Counted from the stretch's first letter, positions 1 to 12,574 are shown. The stretch: 64,000 bases of DNA from Octopus vulgaris (GCA_951406725.2 OX597816.1:92008001-92072000); one strand, 5' to 3'. Notes: generated from the letters alone by a model not told the origin. A program made the numbers and translations.

Positions 1-194
1 ATCGGATTATGTTGGAATTTGATTGACTAAATATGTTTATCTATACACTATTTTATAAATCCTGAACTTTGTCACTGTTTGTCTGTCTGTTCTTCTTTCA
101 CCCACTTTCTCTCTCTATATATGTGTATAAACATATGTATATGAACTTATAGTCATGTGCACGTATATGTAGGCACATGCAGATATACATGAGT

Positions 195-240
<46 letters not shown>

Positions 241-1461
241 ACATATATATGTATATATATACAGAGAAAGAGAGAGAGAGAGATTGAGAGAGAGAGGAAG
301 AGGGAGAGAGAAGTAGATACATATATGTATAAATGTGGAAATACACACACACACACACACACACACATCTATGCTTCAGACAGATTTCGATCAGGTGATC
401 TCTGTAGAAAGAGAGAATTCAATAATGCAAAGAGATTAAGAATACTTAGTTTATTATCTTCTTACAACATGGCCAGATGTTACGACTCTCGTCTCATCAA
501 GGAAGACTAATAAAAATGTTTGCCTGGTTTTCTCCGAGAAGTATATGTGTAAATACACTCACTCGTACATACATACCCAACGTGTGTGTATATACATAAT
601 ACATATATATATACATACATACACACACGCATACAAAAATATAGTATACGTACATTCATAACATACACACACATACATATTCATATACTCGCATGTGTGA
701 ATGTACGTGTGTATATTTGTAAATGTGCTAAAAATCAAAACAACGTTAGCATCGAGAATACAAAAATATAAAGATACCGTTACAGTATAAATGGATACGA
801 ATACGAGATGTTAGCCTCTTTTATACTACATTCCCTTTTGATGACTGCTCCAAATAACTCTCAACGATATGAATATTTAAGCTGAGCTACAAGCAACACA
901 TTAAGTATTTTACCTACTCAGGAAATGAGATTCCTGTAATTTTATTCGTAGTTTCGCCTTGTAAATAAATTTTGTACGCACAAACGCGTACACACATAAT
1001 ATAATACATACATGCGTACAAACATGCACACACACACACGCAGACAGACACACATATATTATTCTTTAACAAATATAGTTTGACAGTAAGTTCGAAGGTT
1101 TTTATTACTAAAATAAGTACTAACTGAACACTTGGGTCGATGCAATCGATTCAGCCCTCCCGAAATTGCTGGCCTTGTTTCAAAATTTGAAACAATTAAA
1201 AGATAATATAAAGACAAACATTAATGCACACACACACACACACACACACACACGCAAACATACACGTATTTGCAGTTATACATACATTTATAAACATACA
1301 TATATATGTAAAGATAAGTATATATAATGTAGATATGTATATTTATTTATCTATGTCTTTCTCTATATATAATCTATGTGTATATATACATACACATATA
1401 TGCACGTATAACTGTATGTATATAAATGCATAAACCTAGGCAAACACATAAATATATATAT

Positions 1462-1503
<42 letters not shown>

Positions 1504-1742
1504 AGGCACATATATTCTTGAGAAGTTGGCTATTTCAAAACAAAAATCGAAAATTTTTCCCCCTTCCTACTGAAAATATTCTTGAAAATTTTAAGATGGA
1601 CAAAACTGAACACTATAATTCATTTAGTTTCTATCTTTTCTGCTACCTCACCCCATGCCGCACAAGAAATCTGATCTAAATAGTAACCAAAATATTTCTA
1701 ACAAAAACTCTGTTTTATGGATTAGTATTTTAAATAGTATAC

Positions 1743-1934
1743 AAGGCGCGAGCTGGCAGAATCGTTAGCACGCCGACCAAAGTGCTTAGCGGCATTTCAT
1801 CTGTCTTTATGTTCTGAGTTCAACTTTCATCCCACTCAAGGTTGATAAAGTAAGTACCTATTTATCTCTTGGGTCAGTGTAATTCGACTTAGCCCCTACC
1901 TCGAAATTGCTGGCTTTGTTCCAAAATTTGAAAT
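1743..1934 (+). mobile_element. SINE family B
   Basis: AAGGCGCGAGCTGGCAGAATCGTTAGCACGCC...CCAAAATTTGAAA. Confidence 0.85.
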
Positions 1935-1937
1935 CGA

Positions 1938-2283
1938 TTGCGTGGAACCTTGGGCAAGTGTCTTCTACTATAGCGTTGGGCCGACCAAAGCCTTGTGAGT
2001 GGATTTGTAAGGCGGAAACTGAAAGAAGCGCCTCGTATATGTATATATATATATATGTTTGTGCGTTTATGTATGTGTGTCTGTGCTTGTCCACCCACCC
2101 ACCATCGCTTGACAAACGATGCTGGTTTGTCCACCGCAACTTAACGGTTCAGCAAAAGAGGCCGATAGAATAAGTACTAGGCTCACAAAGAATAAGTCCT
2201 GGGGTCGATTTCTTCGAGTATAACACTTTAAAAGGGTGTTGAAGCATGGCCGCAGCCAAAATGACTGAAACAAATAAAATAAT
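1938..2283 (+). mobile_element. SINE family A, 5'-truncated, abutting a family B copy
   Basis: Homologous to 3900-4324. Confidence 0.85.
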
Positions 2284-2810
2284 AGAGAAAGAAATCGGAC
2301 AGTATTTTAAGGATATCAGTTTAAGTTTCGTTGGACACATCAACAAGATTTTGTAATGTAATTCGCCTTTGGTTTCGAAACAGCTTGGATGTTTATCAAT
2401 AGCTATTTAATCATACTTCACTAGCCTTCGGTGTTGACAAACCTATTTTACAAGGTTGAAGCATAGGAAAAGAAGACTTGCAGCTGAAAACTTTGTTGCT
2501 TGTATATATCATGTAAAATCCATATTAGTATAAAGGGCTTGCACAGATGGTGAATTTATGGGATTGTAGGGACTGAATTAGTTGTTGTAAATATTTATTA
2601 AACGGATTGCTTCAGTGTTTTGTGCATAAACGTTTTCTCTTTTTATATTTTAATACACACGCCAAAATGTGCACAAATATACACATATTTATATACGTAC
2701 AAAGACCTGTATTTATGCCTGTGTATGTTTACCACGTACTGTTTATCAATGTCTATATGTAAACATCTTTACTCAAAAACGTACACATACATATACATAT
2801 AAACATACAT

Positions 2811-2862
<52 letters not shown>

Positions 2863-2899
2863 CCTTATCTAGAGTCTGTTTACACACACACACGCATAC

Positions 2900-2970
<71 letters not shown>

Positions 2971-3747
2971 CTGTCACACACACACACATATATATATACA
3001 CACAAAACACACATGTATGTTCATACACCTCCATACAACTATCTATCTTTCTATCTATCTATAATGTATTTGTGCTCTTGTACAGATGCGTATGGGGTCA
3101 ATAAACAAACAAAACAAAACGTATGTATGTGCAAATTAAAAGTGATAATATCTCTTAGAAGGTGACAAGAGCGCTTGCTACTTCCACGGTTTCTCTAAGG
3201 AGTAAGCTATGTTTCAAGTTATGGTTCAATGACATACACGGCTGCTTTGAGCCTGAAGATAACTACTTAAGCACTGATCTGCCAATACTTCAGTAAACAG
3301 TGTTAAAATACTTTCAGAATGCATTCAACGAATGTTGCTTTTGAGTCTGTTATCAGTCTTGATAGAAATGTAACAGTTAGTATATCACATAAAGGATTTT
3401 ATCGAAGCGATAAAAGTTTTCATGGAAAACAATTTAACTGGAAAATATCGGCAAAAAATGCTTCAACTGTTGATAAAATCACCTTTAGCTGTTTTCGTAT
3501 CATTACTGTGTGAGTAAATGTATAAACACGTGTTTGTGAGTGTGTGTGTAGGTATATAAATATATGTACGTGTGTATGTGTATATGTTGATACGTATCTA
3601 TATCAATAAATATATATAATATATAGGTCTATATTCACTCTCAGACTCCAACGCAGTATACATACATGCATACATACGTGTATATATATATTGAACGCTT
3701 ATCTCGTGACTCGCACACACTTCATTCAACGTTTTAACACGCGCGCA

Positions 3748-3786
<39 letters not shown>

Positions 3787-3836
3787 GTATATATATATGT
3801 GTGTATAAACATACATGTGCTTATATTGTATGTATA

Positions 3837-4007
3837 GGCGCAGCAGTGGCTGTGTGGTAAGTAGCTTGCTTACCAACCACATGGCTCCGGGTTCATTCCC
3901 ACTGCGTGGCACCTTGGGCAAGTGTATTCTACTCTAGCCTCGGGTCGACCAAAGCCTTGTGAGGGGATTTGGTAGACGGAAACTGAAAGAACCCTGTCGT
4001 ATATATG

Positions 4008-4039
<32 letters not shown>

Positions 4040-4324
4040 TGTATGTATGTATGTATGTATGTATGTATGTATGTATGTATGTATGTATGTATGTATGTGT
4101 GTGTGTGTGTATATGTTTGTGTGTCTGTGTTTGTACCCTCAACATCGCTTGACAACCGATGCTGGTGTGTTTACGTCCCCGTAACTTAGCGGTTCGACAA
4201 AAGAGACCGATAGAATAAGTACTAGGCTTACAAAGAATAAGTCTTGGGGTCGATTTGCTCGACTAAAGGCGGTGCTCCAGCATGACCGCAGTAAAATGAC
4301 TGAAACACGTAAAATAGTAAAAAA
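3837..4324 (+). mobile_element. SINE family A, full length (tRNA-type head, CORE-like segment, central microsatellite)
   Basis: A box TGGCTGTGTGG, B box GGTTCATTCC, segment ACCTTGGGCAAGTG, central (TATG)n and a 3' tail ending TGACTGAAACAcGTAAAA. More than ten homologous copies in the window. Confidence 0.9.
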
Positions 4325-4342
4325 GTATGTTATTTCTGCTGC

Positions 4343-4407
<65 letters not shown>

Positions 4408-4766
4408 CATATATTTGTATAAATACTCATAGTACACCTTATACTTTATATATGTATTTGAAAAGTGCGAACTTATATATATATATATATATATATGACC
4501 ATATTCCTATGTATGTATATATATATATATATATATAGATATATAAATTAATAAATAGATAAAACATATGCATATATACATACATATATGTACGTACATA
4601 CCTCTACATGTATATATACATGCATATATTGGTACAGGACACCAAAAAAAAAAAACGTCGAACACAATGAGAAACGAAAACATAAACACAAAACCAAGGA
4701 AATGGACATTTTTCTTAAACAACGAATATATATATCTGTAAATTAATATGTTGCCATTATTCAATA

Positions 4767-4836
4767 GCCAAGATAAAACTCTGAGTTTCGGATGCCGAAG
4801 TGGAAATCCACAACACCATCTCTTCGGTTATCTGGC
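4767..4836 (-). ncRNA. Type I hammerhead ribozyme motif, U4C core, long stem II
   Basis: Minus strand: GCCAGATAA-CCGAAGA-GATGGTGTTGTGGATTTCCACTTCGGCATCC-GAAA-CTCAGAG-TT-TTATCTTGGC. Stem I is 9 bp with one bulge, stem III is quasi-palindromic, triplet GUU. Confidence 0.7.
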
Positions 4837-4938
4837 CATCTATTTTCCTCTATTTACATAATATTGAGGTCTCTTTCTTTTGTTATCTTACCGTTTTTTC
4901 CCTCTGTCCTCCCACCTCGGGATCTTTCTTTCTCCTAT

Positions 4939-4973
4939 GTTTCCGACGAAGAGCTCCGCTCGAAACGTCATGC
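4939..4973 (+). ncRNA. Minimal Penelope-type hammerhead motif (family 1), stem I decayed
   Basis: GTTT-CCGACGA-A-GAGC-TCC-GCTC-GAAA-CG-TC-ATGC. Confidence 0.55.
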
Positions 4974-5067
4974 CCTCCTTCTTCCCTTCTTTCCTGAGCG
5001 TCCAATAATACTTTATTTGTGTTCCACATCCTCGCGTTGTTGTCTTTTTGTTTTCTTGTTTGGATTA

Positions 5068-5166
<99 letters not shown>

Positions 5167-5532
5167 AATTTCTCCGAGATTATTACCAATCAAACATTGT
5201 AATGACTGATAAGCAGACATATGGAAAGAAGATTGTGTGGTGATATGGACAAACCGGTTTTAATTAATTAGTTGTCATAAGTTAGAATAAACACCTCGGA
5301 AATCGTCTGACAGCCTGACTTGTCTACAACAATTTGTTTCATACGATTTGACCTCTATGGTTACAGGAATCACAGCAGAAGTCGAAAACACTAGCTGTCC
5401 TAGTTGTTCCTATCGAATGGCTTATAGGTGTTGGTTAATCACCTCTATTTTTGTAGCTGAAAGCACAATCATTAAGTCTGATGCTGTAAATCTTTGTAAA
5501 GAAAGATTCCAAAGGGACGGCTCCTTTGGCTC

Positions 5533-5765
5533 TCACTTCCACTGTCTTTCTATCGTTTGTAATTTATATATTACTCATGTCAAACATTGGACTATGGCCA
5601 TGCTGGGGTACCTTCTGGAAGGTTTTTTTGGTCTAACGCATCGACACCAGTTCTTATTTTTTAAAGCTTGGTGCTTATTCTATCGGATTCTTATGCCGAA
5701 CTGCTATATTATGGGTATATATACAAACAGACTGACATCGGTTATCAAGCAGTGGTATGCGACAC
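5533..5765 (-). mobile_element. SINE family A, decayed 3' half
   Basis: ATGGCCATGCTGGGG, ATCGACACCAG..CTTATT and TTATTCTATCGG match the family A tail in reverse. Confidence 0.6.
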
Positions 5766-6650
5766 TCAAAGTAACGAAATTATATTAAAGTATAAACAGG
5801 TGAAATTGAAAACAAATTTAAACAAAACACCAAATCTCGAAATTCTTATGGTAAAAATAAAATAAAAAAACTTGATATTTTCATGAGTTCTTTTGTTTTT
5901 ACATTTGCGTTGCGTTGGTGATTCTCGGTCTAAGAACACAGATATCGTATTGTGACGTAATCTGACTATTACGTTAAACACGCAGTTCGTTTGAAATTCT
6001 GAAATTGGCTAAATAGTAACATTTTAACAGAAATAGTCTAGTGATACAGTCCAAATATTTTCATTTTATTATTGTTTTGAAAATTTCTGTCTTCGTAATT
6101 CTTATTCATAGTAAAACCAACTGCATCAATGTATATAATGGCATTAAAAGGAAACTATAGTAACAAGAAGATACTTGAGATGGCTTATATTAAACAAGAA
6201 TCTGTTGAGCTGTGAGTGAAATTATCGAATATTTCCAACAGTCCTTTATTGGAGTCTGCGACAATGGAAGACTTTCCATCACTACTTGATATAAAAAGAA
6301 AAAAAACAAAAAACAAAACAAGACTTGACTACTTCAGAGACGTTCGTATACTTTCTTTCATTGCCTTTATTGTTTATGATTTGCATTATTTTGTACATAC
6401 CTTTAGGTGGACTTCGCCTTTCATTCTTCCGGAGTTAATAAAATGACTACTAGTTACTAAGGTTTGACATAGAGCCAAATACATACCCTTCTCTAATCAT
6501 TTACGAACTTATGTCAGTACAAAACATGATTATGTTATTGCAAAAGGCAAAAATAACTTTTCTATTTCTTTGTTGGCAAGCGATAGCTAGCCCCCTGTCT
6601 TACGGCTTCTTGCCTGCATCTGTAATTGGCGGTCTGGGGGAGGTATACAT

Positions 6651-6714
<64 letters not shown>

Positions 6715-7221
6715 TCTTCAGCGTATAATATCGATGTTAGTGGAGCAAAAGATGAACTGAGGTGGTTAGGTACTTGTAGGTGAGTGCCTCACTTCTGGTG
6801 TACTAAACGGTATGTTTTGACGTATTTCGTTTATAATGGACAAATTTGATGGCTCTGCGATATTTTTGGTGAATCTGCCAATAAAACTTTCTTAAGCAAA
6901 GGCGTTTGGCAAACAAACCTTAATCAACTGCTGACGGTGTGACGAATGAATGTGTATACGATATGATATTGAATACTCATGTGATAAAAGTATATATTAA
7001 AGAGTGAGTACATGTGTACCGACTGTTGCATTTAAAGTTTTTCCCTCAAGGAGTAAACTTAATTTTCGTATGATATGATTAGGACATCTCAATCTGACAA
7101 GCAGAATCGTTTTCCATACTAAAATATTCTCTCAAAGAAGTCTAAGTCGTTAGTTAGGGTGGGATGGGGGTACAATGAGTAATATTTACAGCACTTTTGA
7201 CTTTCAGAAAAAACAATTTTT

Positions 7222-7366
7222 GGCGTAGCTGTGTGGTAAGAAGCTTGCTTCCCATCCACATAGTTCTGGGTTCAGTCCCACTTCGTGGCGCCTTCGGCAA
7301 GTGTTTTCTACTATAGCCTCGGGCCGACCAAAGCCTTGTGAGTGGATTTAATAGACGGACACTGTC

Positions 7367-7418
<52 letters not shown>

Positions 7419-7628
7419 GTGTGTGTGTATGTGTTTCAGTCTGTGTTTGTTCTTTCCCTGCTTGCTAAGCGGTATTGGTGTGCTTACATTCTCGTAATCT
7501 AACGGTTCGGCAAAAGAACAGACAGAATAAGTACCATGTTCAAAAATAAGTACTGGGGTCAATTCATTTGGCTAAACATTCAAGGCGGTGCCCCAGCATG
7601 GCCTGAAACAAGTAAAAGATAAACGATA
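7222..7628 (+). mobile_element. SINE family A
   Basis: Homologous to 3837-4324, with central (TA)n. Confidence 0.88.
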
Positions 7629-7823
7629 AATGTTCACTACTTTGTAAAAACTATACAGTTTTCATTCCGTTTATTTCAGCTCTCAGTATTTTCCTTGGGT
7701 GCTCGTTAACAATTTATTTTGGGGTTGGACATTAATACTGCGATCGGAACAACACAGTAGTACAACAATAAAATACTAATCCCAGATAATTCAGCTTTCA
7801 GTCGAATTCAGCAAGCTCAACTA

Positions 7824-7958
7824 GGCAAAAGTAAAGAATACGTACACTCGGTGTTTAGGGTTTAGGGTTAGGGTTTAGGGTTAGGGTTTAGGGTTAGGAT
7901 TAGGGTTAGAGTTTTTGTTACTCCGAAAATGGTGGTGTACATATTCTTTACCTCCGCC
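7824..7958. mobile_element. MITE with 24-bp TIRs enclosing telomere-type repeats
   Basis: GGCAAAAGTAAAGAATACGTACAC (7824-7847) vs reverse complement of 7935-7958 GGCGGAGGTAAAGAATATGTACAC, 20/24 match. Interior is a TTTAGGG/TTAGGG mix. Confidence 0.75.
7854..7909 (+). repeat. Interstitial telomere-like repeat, mixed TTTAGGG/TTAGGG
   Basis: tttagggtttagggttagggtttagggttagggtttagggttaggattagggttag read directly. Confidence 0.9.
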
Positions 7959-8107
7959 ACTCAGCTGTGCCTCTCCTATGAAACAAATGTGTCCATAATA
8001 TAGTCCATAATAGTCTGAAAGGAAACAATTTCAACTCAGCTTCTGTGCAATTCTCTCATTACCTTGAGAATCTCTCGTTACTACTTCAGCAAGTGTGGTG
8101 AAGTCTG

Positions 8108-8148
8108 TTTCATTGAAGAGGTTTAATAAAACCGAAACATGTCAGGAA
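8108..8148 (+). ncRNA. Decayed minimal hammerhead motif
   Basis: TTTCA-TTGAAGA-GGTTT-AATA-AAACC-GAAA-CATG-TC-AGGAA. C3 and the first stem I pair are lost. Its 20-mer GTTTAATAAAACCGAAACAT recurs at 57299-57318. Confidence 0.45.
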
Positions 8149-8782
8149 TTGTTGAAATAATTCAAATAATATTCGTTATTAATTAATATTGTCTTTTTCC
8201 TCACAATAGATTATTTCTAATTTTTTTTAATATTCCTCATTAAATATGCTAATGTTGAAAATTAAATTTTATTCAGTTTACTTTGTGACTATTAAATTCC
8301 AATTTTAATTTGGAACTCTTCCTAGCTATAATTTTCATTAAATTTTCACACTGTGTTTGCTTTTTATGTAAGCAATTATTGCTTAATGAAAGCACTTTCC
8401 AGTTTCTCTTGTTAAACCACTGGCCGTTAAACTATTAAATTCTACTTATGGTATAGAGTTGGCTGATATGTATTCGATATAGCTTTCAAAGAGAAAAGTG
8501 ATGTCTCTCATAATAATCTACTAATGTAACATCGTCTATGTCACATGAGGCCTCGTCTACGTGTTCTCGACCTTCTAGAAATAGAAGGTAAATCTCCTTC
8601 GAATGACGCCCTCACTTTAAAAAAAACTGCAAACCACATTCGATCATGTGGTTTGGGGTACATTATTCCTAGAAACCAAAAGAATAGTCGAGGTTGGAAC
8701 TGATCATAGAGCTGTTTGATTAGGGCTGCCCAGGGCCACGCAAAAGCTACATCACTCATGACCACCACCAGTGTTATTATTA

Positions 8783-9085
8783 TGGGTCGACTTTGACTTT
8801 TATTCCTCCAGCTTCGATAAAATAAGTACCAGCTAAATGCTGGAGCCGATGTAATCGACTTCCCCTTCCTATTAAAAACTACTGGCCCTGTACCAACATT
8901 TGGAACCATTAAGGCAGTGAACTGGCAGAATCGTTACAGCGCCGGACAAAATGCTTAACGGTACTTCTCCCGACTTTATGTTCTGAATTCAAAGTGCGCC
9001 AGGGTCAACTTTGCCATTCGTCTTGTCGGGTTCGATAAAATATGTAATAGTTGAGTATACTGGGTCGATGTAATCGACTTACTCG
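8783..9085 (+). mobile_element. Two adjacent SINE family B pieces (3' half, then near-complete copy)
   Basis: GGTCGACTTTG..GATAAAATAAGTACCAG..GATGTAATCGACT occurs twice. Confidence 0.8.
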
Positions 9086-9148
9086 ATTCAGACCAGAGGG
9101 TTACTACAATGTTACTATACATTGTGGTTATTGTTATTGATGTTGTTG

Positions 9149-9149
<1 letters not shown>

Positions 9150-9213
<64 letters not shown>

Positions 9214-9490
9214 GTTATTATTGAGTGAGAGAGCAGTGCATGCCATCAAAGTGACACTGGGGTAAAATATACGGAGCCCAGAATACCCATCATGACTACC
9301 CGTCTGATAAGGGTTCACTTGGTACAGGCATCACAACCATATGTGCACGACATGGTGATCTCATCATGATAAACAACGCATGACCTTGCAGGTGGGGCCC
9401 AGTTGGAATTTTCTTAAGGTCGAGTAGCCCATCCCGTTCAAATGGTCCTTGAATAAGGGTTGTTTAAAGATGCTTAACGAAACACCCATG
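9150..9490 (-). mobile_element. Probable retroposon 3' end with (AAT)n tail
   Basis: A higher-GC block (9221-9490) directly abuts an (ATT)n tract. No second copy in the window, so this is inference only. Confidence 0.4.
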
Positions 9491-9504
9491 TTTCTTTCTG
9501 TGTT

Positions 9505-9544
9505 CCTTTTTCTGTGGAAGAGCGTAGGCTCGAAACGTCAAGGA
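9505..9544 (+). ncRNA. Minimal Penelope-type hammerhead motif (family 2), A6U core
   Basis: CCTTTTT-CTGTGGA-A-GAGC-GTAG-GCTC-GAAA-CG-TC-AAGGA. Confidence 0.5.
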
Positions 9545-9734
9545 CTTTTTCACTTCCCGAGCGTTAAACTAATACATCTGTTTGCTGTCTACATCGCCTG
9601 TCTTCGTCTTTTTTTTAGTGAATTCTCCCTATATATATATATAATCCAAAAATGAAAGTACAAAAAAACACAACAACACGAGGACGTGGAACAAATATAG
9701 TATTATTGGACGCTAAGGAAAGAAGGAAAAGAGG

Positions 9735-9769
9735 GTTCAACGTTTCGAGCGGCGCTCTTCGTCGGAAAC
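9735..9769 (-). ncRNA. Minimal Penelope-type hammerhead motif (family 1)
   Basis: Minus strand: GTTT-CCGACGA-A-GAGC-GCC-GCTC-GAAA-CG-TT-GAAC, with palindromic ACGT stem III. Confidence 0.65.
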
Positions 9770-9950
9770 ATAGGAGAAGGAAAGATCCAGAGAAGGGAAG
9801 ACAGAGGAAAAAAAATCGCCAACGGTACACACGCGGTCACATATATAGAGCTCCGCTCGAAACGTTAAACCTTCTTTCCTGAGCGTCCAATAATACTATA
9901 TTTGTTCCACGTCCTCGCGTTGTTGTGTTTTTTTTGTGCTTTCATGTTTG

Positions 9951-9986
<36 letters not shown>

Positions 9987-10622
9987 GTACACACATGCAT
10001 ATGTGTACACACATGCATATGTGTCAAAAAGTCACTATAAGAGTGTGTATCGAGGGTTGGTATGTTTTCGGCACTTTTTTTTGTGTTCTTTAGTTTAAAC
10101 CTCGGAAGTACTTAATCCTCAAGTTGCCAGTGCCTTTAGCTGTCTAGATAGACACAGTTCTACACTATGGGGATCCTAAACATCGTTGAATGTTTCGTTA
10201 TCTTTCAGCGATGCGTTCAAACCGTTCTGTAAATATAGCAATGTGCCCTGTTAGACTAACTTGTTAGATAAATTGGAGTCTTATGTACACCCTCTATCAC
10301 GAGAACCTCAAACGTTTCATATACACATATATACAAAGACAGTCATATAATCAGTGTGTGTGTGTGTGTGTATGCGTGATTTTGTAAAAGTAAACGAAAC
10401 TAAGAAAGAAAAACTGCCCGAAACTACTAGTGATAAACTTTTTCAGGTTTCTGCTACTTTGTTTTATATATAACGTCACATGAAATCTTTGATAACGAGT
10501 GTAAGGTATTCGAAACGTTGTCAAGAGAACAATGTGGGCGCTGTAAGTCATATTTCTGACTTGCCTCCACACATGATATAAGATAAATCGCAATATTAGA
10601 TCTTGAGAAGTATCAACACGAA

Positions 10623-10623
10623 T

Positions 10624-10675
<52 letters not shown>

Positions 10676-10721
10676 GCTACTGCTACTGCTACTACTGCTG
10701 CTGCTGTTGCTGCTGCTGCTG

Positions 10722-10762
<41 letters not shown>

Positions 10763-10782
10763 GCTACTGCTGTTGCTGCTGT

Positions 10783-10840
<58 letters not shown>

Positions 10841-10841
10841 A
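10623..10841. repeat. Compound (CTA)n/(CTG)n trinucleotide microsatellite
   Basis: Read directly. Confidence 0.95.
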
Positions 10842-12574
10842 ACCCACAACACAAGACCAAATAACGTAGAAAGTATTTTTGTTGTTGCTGTACATCACTG
10901 TAACTCTTCTCTCTCTCTCTCTCTTTCTCTTACTACCCACTTCTCTCTCTCTCCGCCTTTGTATGTTTCTCTTTTTCTCTAACATTTACTTTCAAATGAT
11001 GGAGGGTAAAGGTTAGAAATTTATATCTCACGTCTTAATATATGAGACACACTTCGGTGGCTGAACATAATTCTTTTACCCGCTGACTTGTTTTGAACCT
11101 ATTGTTTCTCTCGCTGATAATAAATACATTCAATCAATAACGAAGAAAATTTGAAAATTTACATTGAATTTTAACAGAAATTCACAGCACATAAATCAGG
11201 TTTAGTGTTAAACTGCTCCGCGGCTAACAATCTAGCTTCCAGGAAAGTCTGTTATTGTTTAGATATAGAGAATGCTACTTAAACATGTATCAGATCAGTT
11301 GATGTTGTGGTTGTTTCGATTGATGGTGTGTTGTTTATGTTGGCATTCAAATCGTCAATATATTGACTGAAGCTGGAGTTGAGTCTGCAGTTCTTCAGTT
11401 TGGCAGTGCCATCAGATTTCCTGCCGTTCTTATTGACGTCAGTAACACTCATCTAGAGTATAGCAGGCTTTTGACATTTGTTTACAACACCGCTACCGTG
11501 CAATCTTTCCCGACTTCATGATGGATAAAGAAGTAGTGAGGAGATTTAGGTTCAACGTTTCTATCAGACATACTTTTTATAATACGAAAGTAACGTTTAT
11601 TCAAACGAACAAGGCCCTTAAGAAGCAAATATCGCCGCGTATAAGTAAAAACCATTTGCTCATATAATGCATTACGCTGTCTTCTATGGTTATTTTTATA
11701 ACATAATTTTATTTTTAGTTTATTTTTGTAACATGATTTACTCAGTTCTTGGGTTACCTACAACAGATATCAATGAGTCTACGACAAAAGTAGATGTACT
11801 GTTTATTTAATTAGGAATTAATTATTATCGGCCGAAAAAAAAACCCCCACAGAAACAAAAGACCAAAAAAGAAAAAAAAACAACTGTTGAAGTTTATGTT
11901 GTATCCCTTTATGTCCCATAACTTAGCGGCTCGATAAATTCAAAATGAAAAAAAGTACGAGGGTGAATAAGATTGACTATAAACCCTTAAAAGGCTACTC
12001 CCCAGTTATGGCCGCTGTCCAGTGAGTAAAACCAATATGAAGGAAAACAAAAAGAAAGGAGTGATAAGGAAGTTGAAATGATCGTATTTTAAGGCTGACA
12101 TTAACGAGGTGTTGACATATCGGTGTGTACTGTAAATATATGCGGTTACATATTGAATAAATAATTAGCAATTAAAAATTACCTTTACATCTCATACTAC
12201 TACAGATTTAAACAGCAACAAGTTATATTCATAAGCAATCAGAACGTGTATTGTTTTTAGGTTAACTCATGAATAATATCAAGAAAAAGAATGATTTATA
12301 AGGACAGAAAGTAAATGCGCTGAACTGGTCTGTAAACAATTGCCACCGATAACTATGATGTAGCTGAGATGACATTAGAGTGCCGGACTAAATCTAACGG
12401 TAAAACAATATTGCATTTACATTCGTCTCCTGTGGTTCGAAGATCAAATTTTACTTGGTTATATACTTTTTTATCCATCTACGACCAATAATGAAGATAT
12501 CACAATATATTGCGCATACTATAATTAAAAGTGGATTTTACATAGCGAACGAGAAGAGACGGAGACTGTAAGTT

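Larger units (their letters stand above)
4630..5070. mobile_element. Cluster of Penelope-like terminal-repeat fragments (two minus, one plus)
   Basis: 4630-4730 matches 39990-40072 in reverse; 4870-5070 matches 9643-9800 in reverse. Two hammerhead motifs. Bounded by (TA)n-rich tracts. Confidence 0.6.
9490..9955. mobile_element. Cluster of Penelope-like terminal-repeat fragments: family 2 (+), family 1 (-), family 1 (+)
   Basis: 9490-9615 is homologous to 23370-23462 and, in reverse, to 50140-50280. 9643-9760 is the inverted counterpart of 9847-9955. (TA)n spacers. Confidence 0.65.

Noticed and set aside
7854-8148. Telomere repeat near a hammerhead, suggesting a telomere-associated Penelope (Athena-like) junction
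   Set aside because: The repeat is enclosed by TIRs and lies about 200 bp from the hammerhead, so a MITE explains it better.
10486-10527. Hammerhead-like TCTT-TGATAA-C-GAGTG-TAAGG-TATTC-GAAA-CGTTG-TC-AAGA
   Set aside because: One core nucleotide is missing if stem I is formed, and G8 is changed. Possibly a decayed copy but not supportable alone.
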